Origin: a virus
DNA length: 44,919 bases
IMG/VR virus record: IMGVR_UViG_3300014202_000133
Span: 1 to 44,919 of that record
Reading direction: 5' to 3' (one strand)
The position numbers and the translations under genes were made by a program. Shown here piece by piece: positions 7,323 to 16,299 of the stretch; within the stretch, counting starts at the first letter, position 1; each line of letters starts with the position of its first letter. The notes under the pieces were generated by a model, which saw only the letters and a program-made list of their open reading frames with translations, made no database searches and had not been told where the DNA came from.

Positions 7323-7804
7323 AGCGTGCCCTCTCCGGTGCAAAAAGCAGCGTCGCCGCCGGAAGCCGTGACCAATTGCGCCCAAGCCAATTGCGCCAGT
7401 TCGCGCGCGTCCCCGGTATATTGCCAACCGACTTTTTTGCATTCGCGGCTCACGAATTGGCCGATTACCTGGCCGACGTGCTGGGGGCCAATCAGGACCG
7501 GGCGCCAGCCAATGAGGTCGGCGGACTTCATGACTTCGTTAACCTGCTTGGACTCATTCGCCAGGCCATAGCGCACGGGAACGCCCCGGGCGTCGATCAG
7601 GGCGCCGACGTTGTTGCGGAACAGGCGCACCCCCAGGCGGGCGGCTTCCAAGCGCACAGCGGCTTGCACAGCGGCTTCACTGGTGCCCTTGACCGTGGCC
7701 GGGAGTTCGTGCCCCCCGTGCATGCCGAAGATGGCTTGCAATTCGGCCAGGGCTTGCAAAGTGACGCCATGTCGGGCGGCCCATTGGTAGACGGCCGGTG
7801 TCAT
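7319..7804 (-). CDS. VRR-NUC domain nuclease (PD-(D/E)XK)
   Basis: EAAVQAAVRLEAARLGVRLFRNNVGA ... SADLIGW ... FVSRECKK fits the VRR-NUC D...E-x-K arrangement. ATG at 7804 overlaps the helicase stop. Confidence 0.78.
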   Translation of the reverse strand: MTPAVYQWAARHGVTLQALAELQAIFGMHGGHELPATVKGTSEAAVQAAVRLEAARLGVRLFRNNVGALIDARGVPVRYGLANESKQVNEVMKSADLIGWRPVLIGPQHVGQVIGQFVSRECKKVGWQYTGDARELAQLAWAQLVTASGGDAAFCTGEGTL

Positions 7805-9558
7805 TGTGCCCCCTGATTTGCGAAATAGGCCGCCGCGTCGACGGTCCCGTCAATTCCATATTTGCCAAGTTCGGCACTCACACGGGCGGCAAGCTCCGCG
7901 GCTTCGCGTGTGCCCAGCGTTTGGGCGTTCGCAACGTCGATGCCGAACCGATGATAGAAGCGGCGGTAACTTTCCGATTCCCCGCGGCCTTGGGCACTCT
8001 CCAAGCCAGCCCACCAAGCAATAACGTTGCGCAATGCCTTTTGCCCTTCCCGGCGCTCCCAATGCCGGCGGCGCACGGCCCCTTGCACTTCGGCGCTGGC
8101 GCCCCATGGCACAACCGCGTCGCCGTCAATCTTGGCGATATTGCCCCGCAACGCGGCCAGGGTGTCCGGGTCCAGTTCGGTAAGATCGCCGTCGACAAAC
8201 TCCGGGGCGCTCCGGCTTGGTGGGGGCGGGTAGTGGCCGCAATACGGGCAACACTTAAAGACCCGTTCATAAGGCTGGATGCACTCCGGGTTGACGCAAA
8301 CGCGCATTGGGATGGCATCGGACTTGCCGCCGCTTCGGCGCTCCCGGCGGTCTAGTGACCATTCCCGGCGGGCATCCGGGAGCCCGTGGCGTAGTACGTT
8401 GCCGACGTGGTCGATGATGAAGGCCACGGGCTTACCGCTGGCGGCAATTACCGCCTTGCGCCCTTCATCCGTCAATAGGTCGTAGCCGGTCAATTCTTCG
8501 CGGGTCAGCATCAGGCGCAAGGCCCGGCCAAATTGCTGGGAGAACAGGGCGAACGATTCCGTCGGCCGTGCAAAACTCACGACCTCAATTGCCGGAAGGT
8601 CGAAGCCTTCCCCGAACAAATCAACGTTGACCAGTTGCATGACTTCGCGGGCCTTGAAGCGCCGGAGAATTTGCGCCCGTAAGGCGTCCGGGGTCTTGGC
8701 GCTTACCACTTCCGCCGGCACGCCCGCGGCCCTGAATGCGGCGGCAATCTCGGTTGCGGCTTCCACGTCGACGGCGAAGGTCACGCCCAATTTGCCCGGC
8801 GCCAGCTTGAGATAATGCGCCACCACGTCCCCGGTAATGTGGGATTTGTGGACGGCCTTGCGTAGCTGGTCCGCGTTGAAATCTCCGGTCGCGGCGCTGG
8901 TTGCAACTTGGGTCAGGTCCAAGTCGGACGGCGGCGCAAAAATCCGGTAGTCCGTCAAATAGCCCATGTCGATGATATCGCGCATGGATGGCGCCAGGAC
9001 CATGGCGTCGACCAGGCCGTCGGCGTGCCGCCCCAGGCCCTTGCCGTCCGCCCGTAGGGGCGTCGCCGTGGGGAGCATGCCCCGTGCATTCGGGAACAGT
9101 GCCGCGGCGGCGCCCCATTTGTTGGCCTTCAAGACGTGGTGCGCTTCATCCTGCACCATCAAACGGACTTGCTTAAACCACGGGTCGCCCGCATCCATGC
9201 GAATGATGGTATCAACGCCGCCGACTCCGGTCTTGGCGTTCGGGTCAAAGAAGGAATAGCCAAGTTCGGCAACCTGCAAGGCGCTGATAACGCGAATCAG
9301 CGGCGCCCCCTTCTTGGCCCCGACGATGCGATGGCGCACGCCATTACGGGCCAGGGCAATGGAAATTTGGCTTACCAATTCTTGACGGTGCGCAATGGCA
9401 ATGCTGGCGCCAGGTTCGTCGTAAAGCACTTTTGAAAGCACGACGGTTTTGCCGGAGCCCGTGGCGGCCACAGGCATGACGTTTGCGGCGCCGCCGTTCC
9501 AGGCTTCGTACACGCGCCGCTCCAACTCGGCTTGAAAGGGTCTTAGGGCGACTGGCAT
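7801..9558 (-). CDS. DEAD/DEAH-box (SF2) DNA helicase with a C-terminal zinc ribbon
   Basis: Motif I AATGSGKT, motif II VQDEAHH, motif III PTATP, motif VI QQFGRALR. Also CVNPEC...CCPYCGH. Confidence 0.85.
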   Translation of the reverse strand: MPVALRPFQAELERRVYEAWNGGAANVMPVAATGSGKTVVLSKVLYDEPGASIAIAHRQELVSQISIALARNGVRHRIVGAKKGAPLIRVISALQVAELGYSFFDPNAKTGVGGVDTIIRMDAGDPWFKQVRLMVQDEAHHVLKANKWGAAAALFPNARGMLPTATPLRADGKGLGRHADGLVDAMVLAPSMRDIIDMGYLTDYRIFAPPSDLDLTQVATSAATGDFNADQLRKAVHKSHITGDVVAHYLKLAPGKLGVTFAVDVEAATEIAAAFRAAGVPAEVVSAKTPDALRAQILRRFKAREVMQLVNVDLFGEGFDLPAIEVVSFARPTESFALFSQQFGRALRLMLTREELTGYDLLTDEGRKAVIAASGKPVAFIIDHVGNVLRHGLPDARREWSLDRRERRSGGKSDAIPMRVCVNPECIQPYERVFKCCPYCGHYPPPPSRSAPEFVDGDLTELDPDTLAALRGNIAKIDGDAVVPWGASAEVQGAVRRRHWERREGQKALRNVIAWWAGLESAQGRGESESYRRFYHRFGIDVANAQTLGTREAAELAARVSAELGKYGIDGTVDAAAYFANQGAQ

Positions 9559-10581
9559 TTATGAGCAAGCCTCCCAAATCGGATCGCCAGTAACGTCTTG
9601 AAATTGATCATTTGCGACGATTGATCCGTCATGGCATTCGATAACAGCGAATGTTTGCAGATTTAAAAACAATTTGCGGTTGAATAATTCGGCCAAATTA
9701 TTGACTGCCATATTGAAATATGACGGCTTCAACTCAGATCCGGCAAATTTGCGCCCGGCTTTAATTGCACAATAGGCGGTTGATCCAATTCCGCTGAATG
9801 GGTCAAACACAATATCGCCCGGATTGCTCCAAAGTTCGACGCCACGTTCGATGATGTCAAGGGCCATCGGACATATGTGGCGTTCATCTTCATCATCACG
9901 CCCGCCTCGATAGTTGAGCGTGCGACTTGATCGGATGTCCATCCATACAGGCGACGCATACCTGCGCCATCGGTTATGGCTCAAGTTGCCATCAGTCGGT
10001 TCATCATCACCAATAAATTCTGTCAGTCCGTGTTCGTGCGCCACCGGTTCGGTATTCACTCCAGGTTTGCGGAATGTCAAAAGGTACTGCGGAAGTCCTG
10101 CGCGAGATAACGCCGAATCTTTGCAAAGTTGCTTGTGCATCAGGCCGATGGCTTTGGTGCGAGTAGCTTCGATCAGAGGGTCTTTCCAGATCACATGCTC
10201 ACTGTGATAGATAAAGCCATGTTTGATGAATGCTGCAATCAAAGCCCCGCGAAAATCCTTTAGTCCGATGTACCCGTCGCGGCTTTTCATCGCGGGCAAA
10301 TTCATGCAATCGACCGACACATTGCGCCCCGGCATCATGATTCGCATCAGCCCTTGAATCACAAAGTCGAAGTGCGTAAAAAATTCAACATCAGACCTGC
10401 AATTACCAATGTCGCGCTCAGAGTTTGAATATGCGTAAAGGTTTGAATATGGCGGCGAAAAGATGGAATAGCCGACCGAATTTTCCGGCAGCATGTTCAT
10501 GATTTCAACACAATCCCCGTTATAAAGGGCACATTTGTCGTTAACGAATTGATCGATGATTTGCATTTTGATTACATCCAT
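9559..10581 (-). CDS. Beta-class amino DNA methyltransferase (N4-cytosine or N6-adenine)
   Basis: Motif IV IFSPPY near the N-terminus and motif I VFDPFSGIGST near the C-terminus (order IV then I = beta class). Markedly lower GC than the flanks. An alternative ATG lies at 10566. Confidence 0.85.
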   Translation of the reverse strand: MDVIKMQIIDQFVNDKCALYNGDCVEIMNMLPENSVGYSIFSPPYSNLYAYSNSERDIGNCRSDVEFFTHFDFVIQGLMRIMMPGRNVSVDCMNLPAMKSRDGYIGLKDFRGALIAAFIKHGFIYHSEHVIWKDPLIEATRTKAIGLMHKQLCKDSALSRAGLPQYLLTFRKPGVNTEPVAHEHGLTEFIGDDEPTDGNLSHNRWRRYASPVWMDIRSSRTLNYRGGRDDEDERHICPMALDIIERGVELWSNPGDIVFDPFSGIGSTAYCAIKAGRKFAGSELKPSYFNMAVNNLAELFNRKLFLNLQTFAVIECHDGSIVANDQFQDVTGDPIWEACS

Positions 10582-11915
10582 GAAGGTAAGTTGATAAATT
10601 TTGAAGGCGTGTAGTCGGTGCGTTCTTTGACAGTGCCGACAACTTCGCGCCGCGTGAACTCTCGCATGTGACTGATCATTCGATCAGCCATCACATCGGC
10701 CTGCGCTTGTTTTCGGTCAAGATTGTCTTTGACTGCGCCCTCGGCTGACGTATAAATGATGTACGTGTACACCTCGCGTTTTTGGCCGAATCGATAGCAT
10801 CGGCGCACAGCTTGATAAAACTTTTCGTAGGAATCATCAAGCCCAACAAATGCCACATTTCGGCAATGCTGCCAGTTGAGCCCAAACCCGCAGATTTTTG
10901 GCTTACTGATAATCACCCGTGCATTGCCATGTGAAAATTTGGTTATCAATTCTTCTTTTTTGGACGACGGCAATGATCCATAAACCTCGACTGCATCGGG
11001 AATCAGACTTGCCAAAAGCGCAGACTCGTCATTCAAATTACACCAGATCACCCACGGTTCATCTGACATGTTCACCATATCGGCGAGAAGTCTGCATCGA
11101 TCGTCAATCGATACCTTGCGAGCATTGCGGCGTTCGGTCATTGTGTTGGCCCGAGGCGCGTCAACATCAATCCGGCAATCGACCACATGCATGGCGGGCA
11201 GTTTGTACCGCGATCCATCAAACCCCAGGTCATCCGGGCTACGAATGAATGTCGCCCATGTGGCTAACCATTCCCAAAACTTTGTTTTTCCGTGACCCTT
11301 CAGACGCCATTTGCTGGTGTCAGATCCATCGTGCGTAAAGAACATCGCCAGCATTTCGGTATGCTTCATTACGCCTAAAAATTCAGCTTGGCTACCAAGC
11401 TCCATGTAATCGTTCGGGCTTGGTGTAGCGGTACAGCTCAATCGATATGGCGTGTCCGCAAATTTGGCAATTGTTGCCATGCGAGTTTTAGAATCTTCCC
11501 CCTTTAAAATGGACGATTCGTCTAGCACCACTCCGATAAATTGTGAGGCGTCAAAATGTTGGATCATTTCGTAATTCGTGATGATGATCCGATGGTCGGT
11601 TACATCCGACTGATGGCGAACATACGTGACCGTGATACCAAAATGCGCACCTTCTTCGACTGTCTGTTGGGCTACGCAAAGCGGTGCCACAATCATCACG
11701 GCTTTGCCGGTGTAATCGGCCACAGCATCGGCCCACGACAACTGCATCAGCGTCTTACCCAGGCCAGTGTCGGCAAACACTGCACTACGCCCCTTTTTCA
11801 GCGCCCATCTGACGATGGCTTCTTGAAAGTCAAACAAGTTGACGTTGAGATTTTCCGCATCAAACCCCCCATAGACATCCGCAACGGACTTGCGCTTTAA
11901 AAATTCCTCGTACAT
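10572..11915 (-). CDS. SNF2-family helicase/ATPase
   Basis: ADTGLGKT (I), VLDESS (II), CTATPSPND (III), GFGLNWQ (V), YYQAVRRCYRFGQ (VI). First gene of the leftward early operon. Low GC. Confidence 0.85.
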   Translation of the reverse strand: MYEEFLKRKSVADVYGGFDAENLNVNLFDFQEAIVRWALKKGRSAVFADTGLGKTLMQLSWADAVADYTGKAVMIVAPLCVAQQTVEEGAHFGITVTYVRHQSDVTDHRIIITNYEMIQHFDASQFIGVVLDESSILKGEDSKTRMATIAKFADTPYRLSCTATPSPNDYMELGSQAEFLGVMKHTEMLAMFFTHDGSDTSKWRLKGHGKTKFWEWLATWATFIRSPDDLGFDGSRYKLPAMHVVDCRIDVDAPRANTMTERRNARKVSIDDRCRLLADMVNMSDEPWVIWCNLNDESALLASLIPDAVEVYGSLPSSKKEELITKFSHGNARVIISKPKICGFGLNWQHCRNVAFVGLDDSYEKFYQAVRRCYRFGQKREVYTYIIYTSAEGAVKDNLDRKQAQADVMADRMISHMREFTRREVVGTVKERTDYTPSKFINLPSWM

Positions 11916-11930
11916 GTGTCGGTTCTCCTG

Positions 11931-11959
11931 TTGACATGTTCGTCATTATCGGCAACAAT
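11931..11959 (+). promoter_or_regulatory. Candidate sigma70-like early promoter for the rightward operon
   Basis: TTGACA (11931-11936), a 17-nt spacer, then AACAAT (11954-11959), inside the 84-nt divergent gap. AGGAG lies at about 11990 before ATG 12006. Confidence 0.4.
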
Positions 11960-12005
11960 AGCCATGCGGTCAATCCCCGTACTCAACTTTTAGGAGAATT
12001 TGAAC

Positions 12006-13070
12006 ATGTCCATGCAGATCAACGTCGACCCCGCCGGGCTGACTCAGGAACAACGCGAAGCCGTCGCGGGCTTCATTCTGGCCTACCCTTCCAAGGCGTG
12101 CGGCGGCACTTGCCACACCAGCGTCGCGGCTGAGATTCACGACAACACGGAAGCTGTAAGCCTTCGCGTTCCGAATGCGGTCGCCGCGGCCGTTGCGGCA
12201 AATCCAGTCGGCGCCGTGCTGGCGTTGAATGATGAAATTGCCCAGCTTGCCAAAGATGGCGGGGAATTCGACGCCTCCGTGGCATTCGGGGGCGACCCGG
12301 TTGCCGCGGCCGTCTTCGGGAGCGCCCCGCCCCCTTTGCCCCTTGGGGCGACCGCTGCCCCCTCTATTGCGGTTGCCGCTCCGTCCTTGACTGCCCCCGC
12401 GGATACGACGGGGACTACTTTTGCCGCGGCCCCGAACGTCCCCGCACCCCCTGCACTGAATACCGTGCCCGTGGCGCCGATTGCTGCACCCCAAACCGCG
12501 AACCCTGTCGGCGCCGTTGATTTGGACAAACACGGCTTACCATGGGATGGCCGCATTCATGCCGAAAGCAAAGCCAAGATTGCCGACGGTACATGGCGCA
12601 AAAAACGCGGCGTCGACCCGGCGCTGGTTGTCACGGTTGAGGCCGAATTGCGCCAGGTTATGGGCGCCGCGCCCGCCGCCGCGCCTGCGGTCCCCATGTT
12701 CATTGATGGCAAGATTGAATATCGACCGATGCCAACGCCACCAGAACCCGGAATGTTTTTGGCGCCAGGTGTTGCGCCGCACGAAGTATCTACCCCCGCG
12801 CTCCCGACCGCACCAGTGGCCCCGGTTGCCCCGCCGCCGCCCGCGCCTTTGGCCGCTCCGGTCGGTGAAGTGCCGCAAGATGCCCGCGCCCAATTCGTGG
12901 GGCTGGTGGGTCGCGCTTCCGCCGCAATCCAAGCGGGCAAGGTGACGCAAGCCGAAATAACGCAATGCTGCGCCGCCGCTGGCGTGCCCGCGCTGCCCCT
13001 GTTGGCCAACCGTCTTGACCTTGTAGCCCAGGTTGCCGCCCAGGTCGACGCCATGATTGCGGCCCGATAA
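12006..13070 (+). CDS. Hypothetical Ala/Pro-rich early protein
   Basis: The track start at 12000 is TTG. ATG at 12006 follows AGGAG. Mostly low-complexity A/P sequence with ordered islands (DLDKHGLPWDGRIHAESKAKIADGTWRKKRGVD; C-terminal KVTQAEITQCCAAAGVPALPLL). Confidence 0.6.
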   Translation: MSMQINVDPAGLTQEQREAVAGFILAYPSKACGGTCHTSVAAEIHDNTEAVSLRVPNAVAAAVAANPVGAVLALNDEIAQLAKDGGEFDASVAFGGDPVAAAVFGSAPPPLPLGATAAPSIAVAAPSLTAPADTTGTTFAAAPNVPAPPALNTVPVAPIAAPQTANPVGAVDLDKHGLPWDGRIHAESKAKIADGTWRKKRGVDPALVVTVEAELRQVMGAAPAAAPAVPMFIDGKIEYRPMPTPPEPGMFLAPGVAPHEVSTPALPTAPVAPVAPPPPAPLAAPVGEVPQDARAQFVGLVGRASAAIQAGKVTQAEITQCCAAAGVPALPLLANRLDLVAQVAAQVDAMIAAR

Positions 13071-14212
13071 TGTCAGGCGCCCATTCAATCTTGCCGCCTT
13101 CCGGGGCGGCGGCCTGGCGCCGTTGCGGCCTTTGGGTCGCAATGAATCAGGCTTACCCGAAACCGGACACGCCGGAGAGTATGGAAGGCAACGCGGCCCA
13201 TTGGGTCTTTGCTGAAATGCTGGCCGGGCGTGTCGTTTGTGAAGGCTTGATTGCGCCAAACGGCGTGGTCGTGACCGAAGAAATGATTGAAGGCGGGGAG
13301 TTGGTTGTCGAAACCGTCCGCGCCCGCATGCCCGTCGAACGCTTCGGGGCTCCCCGTGTGGAAGAGGCCGTCGCAATTTCACGCATTCACCCGCAATGCT
13401 GGGGCACGCCGGACATTTGGGCTTTCTCAGCTTCGCCGCTGGTGCTGGAAGTCATCGACTACAAATTCGGCCACCGCTTTGTCGATGAATACGAAAATGA
13501 CCAGGGCGTCGCGTACATCACGGGCATTGTGGATATGCTGGCGGAAAAGTTCGGGGAAGGTCCGGGCCAGTTTGACCAGCATTGCAAAGTTAATTTTACG
13601 GTCATTCAGCCTCGATGCTTTTACAAGGGTTCCCCGGTTCGCACTTGGTCAGTTATGGCGTCGGACCTTCGCGGCCACGTCAATTTATTGACCGGCGCCG
13701 CGGCCGTTGCCCTGGCCCCCAATCCGGCCGCCGTGACAAATTCGGAGTGTGGAGATTGCCCCGGCCGCCACGCTTGCCCGGCCTTGCAAAAAGCCGCGTA
13801 TTACGACGCTGAATTTGCCGTGAAGTCGTCCCCCGTGGAATTGCCGCCAGCGGCCGCCAGCCTTGAATTAAAGATGCTGGAACGGTCCCTAGAACGGTTG
13901 CAAAGCCGCGTCGAAGGGATGCGCGAAGCCGTGGCGACGTACATTCGGCAAGGTCATTCCGTGCCCTGGCATCGTGCGGAACAAGGCTACGGTCGCCAGC
14001 AATGGACCATGCCGGTCGACCAAGTGCTTGCCATGGGTTCGCTCATGGGCGTCGACCTTTCAAATCCTGGCGTAAAGACCCCGAAGCAAGCGCAAAAAGC
14101 TGGTGTTGACGAAGCCGTCATTAAGGCTTATAGTGTGACTCCATCGGGGTCAATCAAATTAATTTCCGATAACCCAGCCGATGCGCGTCGCGTCTTCGGC
14201 ACATCAACGTAA
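13070..14212 (+). CDS. Cas4-like PD-(D/E)XK nuclease (DUF2800-type)
   Basis: N-terminus MSGAHSILPPSGAAAWRRCGLW resembles the DUF2800 start. IDYKFG (D-x-K) and a C-terminal Cys cluster CGDCPGRHACP. TAATG overlap with the upstream gene. Confidence 0.72.
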   Translation: MSGAHSILPPSGAAAWRRCGLWVAMNQAYPKPDTPESMEGNAAHWVFAEMLAGRVVCEGLIAPNGVVVTEEMIEGGELVVETVRARMPVERFGAPRVEEAVAISRIHPQCWGTPDIWAFSASPLVLEVIDYKFGHRFVDEYENDQGVAYITGIVDMLAEKFGEGPGQFDQHCKVNFTVIQPRCFYKGSPVRTWSVMASDLRGHVNLLTGAAAVALAPNPAAVTNSECGDCPGRHACPALQKAAYYDAEFAVKSSPVELPPAAASLELKMLERSLERLQSRVEGMREAVATYIRQGHSVPWHRAEQGYGRQQWTMPVDQVLAMGSLMGVDLSNPGVKTPKQAQKAGVDEAVIKAYSVTPSGSIKLISDNPADARRVFGTST

Positions 14213-14226
14213 TAGGAGTTTTCCAA

Positions 14227-15234
14227 ATGGCAAAAGTAAATATCACTTCCCCCGTCGGCCGCATCGTCATGGGGTCGCTGTATGACCCCAGCACCACGGA
14301 CGCCGAAGGCAAACCGCTGGTCGTCAAGACCGGCCCCAATGCAGGCCAGGCCCGCGTCAACTACTTTTTCGCGCTGGCAATCCCCAAGGGTGCGGAACCT
14401 CATTGGGCGCATACGCCTTGGGGCCAACAAATTTGGGCTATCGGCAACCAGGCGCACCCCAACGCCGCACAGTCCCCCGCGTTCGCGTGGAAAATTGAAG
14501 ATGGCGACTCGCAAATCCCGAACAAGAAAGGTCGCAAACCTTGCGATAACGAAGGCTGGCGCGGTCATTGGATTTTGAAATTCTCCGGCGGCTTCGCTCC
14601 GAAGGTGTACCAGCAAGAGGGCGCCGGTTACGTCCAAGTCATGCAAAAAGACTTTTGCAAGCCTGGCTATTTCGTTGAAGTGGCATTCAGCGCCGACGGC
14701 AACGGTTCGACCAGTCAGCCGGGCGTCTACCTCAATCACAGCATGGTTTGCTTCCGCGCTTATGGTGCTGAAATTTCCTTTGGTCCGGACGTGTCGTCGG
14801 CTGGCTTCGGTCAATCGGCTTTGCCCGTTGGTGCCAGCATGACGCCGCCCGCTGGTGCAATTCCAATGCCACAGGCTCAAGCCCCTGCAGCATACGCACC
14901 CCCGGCGCTCCCAGGTGCCCCGGCTGGCTACATGCCGCCACCAGTGCCCGGAATGCCCGCGGGCGTCCCCGTGTTGCCTGGCGTGCCCATGGGTGCCCCG
15001 GTTGCCGCATACGCACCCCCGGCCGTTCCTGGCATGCCTGCACCCATTCCGGTGACGCCTAACCCGGCATTCGTGCAAGTGCCACCCCCAGCGGCCCCGA
15101 TGGCTCCCCCGCCAGCACCGCCCGCCCCGGTTCGCCAAATGACCGCGGCGGCCAATGGTGCGACGTATGAAGCCTACATTGCCGCCGGATGGAACGACGC
15201 GCAACTCGTGGCAAACGGCATGATGGTCGCCTAA
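14227..15234 (+). CDS. Putative gp2.5-like / DUF2815-like ssDNA-binding protein with a long Pro/Ala/Met-rich C-terminal region
   Basis: Follows the DUF2800 nuclease, as in known replication modules. N-terminal 200 aa have the pattern GRIVMGSLYDP...KIEDGD...GYFVEVAFSADGNG...GVYLNHSMVCF. Residues ~205-300 are PxxP/AP-rich. Followed by a terminator hairpin. Confidence 0.55.
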   Translation: MAKVNITSPVGRIVMGSLYDPSTTDAEGKPLVVKTGPNAGQARVNYFFALAIPKGAEPHWAHTPWGQQIWAIGNQAHPNAAQSPAFAWKIEDGDSQIPNKKGRKPCDNEGWRGHWILKFSGGFAPKVYQQEGAGYVQVMQKDFCKPGYFVEVAFSADGNGSTSQPGVYLNHSMVCFRAYGAEISFGPDVSSAGFGQSALPVGASMTPPAGAIPMPQAQAPAAYAPPALPGAPAGYMPPPVPGMPAGVPVLPGVPMGAPVAAYAPPAVPGMPAPIPVTPNPAFVQVPPPAAPMAPPPAPPAPVRQMTAAANGATYEAYIAAGWNDAQLVANGMMVA

Positions 15235-15242
15235 CTCAAACC

Positions 15243-15273
15243 CCTGGCCCTTCGGGGCCGGGCTTACTTTTGG
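15243..15273 (+). terminator. Intrinsic terminator/attenuator hairpin after the SSB gene
   Basis: CCUGGCCC-UUCG-GGGCCGGG (8-bp stem with one G.U, UUCG tetraloop) followed by CUUACUUUUGG. Confidence 0.5.
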
Positions 15274-15283
15274 AATACCCGAA

Positions 15284-15871
15284 ATGAAAAAACAAATGAT
15301 TGACGCGATGGTGAACGCCTTTTTGGGCTGGCCGTTGCCAAAAGATTTTCACCCCGACTGCCATATCAACTTTGACCGCGAGAAAGCGCAAGCGACGCCA
15401 CATTCGTGGCCGGTCGGAACCAATCTTTTAACCGCCGACCATGCTCGGCAAATGTTTGAACATGCGTTTAGCCAAGTAACGCCGGGACCGATTGAAGATA
15501 TCAAGCGTGCCGGGGGCGTGCTGGTCGATTACTGTCACGGTGCCAGCAAGGCCGCGGGCTGGTGGAACGATTTGCAAACCGGCGCCCCGCTGATTGAGCG
15601 GCCGCATGTTGTGGGTGAAAAGCTCATGCTCGTTGTTTCGGAAGTGTCCGAAGCCATGGAAGGCCACCGCAAGAATTTGCCCGACGACAAGCTCCCGCAC
15701 CGCCCCATGGTTGAAGTCGAACTTGCCGACGCCGTGATTCGCATTGCTGATTTGGCGGGCGCCTTGGGTCTTGACCTTGGGGGCGCTATCGCTGAAAAAA
15801 TGGCATTCAATGCCACACGGCCGGACCATAAGCCGGAAAATCGCAAACTTGAAAACGGTAAGAAGTATTGA
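15284..15871 (+). CDS. mazG: MazG-like nucleoside triphosphate pyrophosphohydrolase with an N-terminal extension of about 90 aa
   Basis: EKLMLVVSEVSEAMEGHRK and ELADAVIRIADLAGALGLDL are the MazG ExxE / ExxD helices. Confidence 0.78.
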   Translation: MKKQMIDAMVNAFLGWPLPKDFHPDCHINFDREKAQATPHSWPVGTNLLTADHARQMFEHAFSQVTPGPIEDIKRAGGVLVDYCHGASKAAGWWNDLQTGAPLIERPHVVGEKLMLVVSEVSEAMEGHRKNLPDDKLPHRPMVEVELADAVIRIADLAGALGLDLGGAIAEKMAFNATRPDHKPENRKLENGKKY

Positions 15872-15873
15872 TT

Positions 15874-16299
15874 ATGGATAAATGGGATGCCCGTTTTATC
15901 GCGCTGGCTTCGCTTGTTGCCAGTTGGAGCAAAGACCCTTCCACGCAAGTCGGCGCCGTGGTTGTCGATCAAGACAAACGCATTGTTTCGACCGGCTTTA
16001 ACGGCTTTCCGCAAGGCGTCAATGATGCCCCGGTCGACCGTGAAGTCAAATTGCTGCGAACGATTCACGCGGAAGAAAACGCCTTGCTCTTTGCGCGGCG
16101 CAATGTCACGGGCATGACCATTTATGTGACCCGGCCGCCGTGCGCCAGGTGCGCGGCAAAGCTGATTCAAAGCGGCATTGGGCGGGTCGTTTTTCCGTCG
16201 CCGCCGGTCGAGTTTGTAGAACGCTGGCGGAACGAAATTAACCAGGCGTTTTTAATGTTCGATGAATGCGGCACGCAAATTACCGCGCTGGGGGAATGA
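15874..16299 (+). CDS. dCMP (deoxycytidylate) deaminase
   Basis: Zinc motifs HAEENAL and PCARCA. The track start at 15868 is TTG; ATG at 15874 gives MDKWDARFIALA. Confidence 0.85.
   Translation: MDKWDARFIALASLVASWSKDPSTQVGAVVVDQDKRIVSTGFNGFPQGVNDAPVDREVKLLRTIHAEENALLFARRNVTGMTIYVTRPPCARCAAKLIQSGIGRVVFPSPPVEFVERWRNEINQAFLMFDECGTQITALGE

Noticed and set aside
9559-11915. SNF2 helicase plus methyltransferase as a DISARM/BREX-like defence system carried by the phage
   Set aside because: None of the other defining components is present (DrmA/DrmB/PLD nuclease, PglZ, etc.). The pair is embedded at the head of the early replication operon. A self-protection (anti-restriction) or replication role is more parsimonious.
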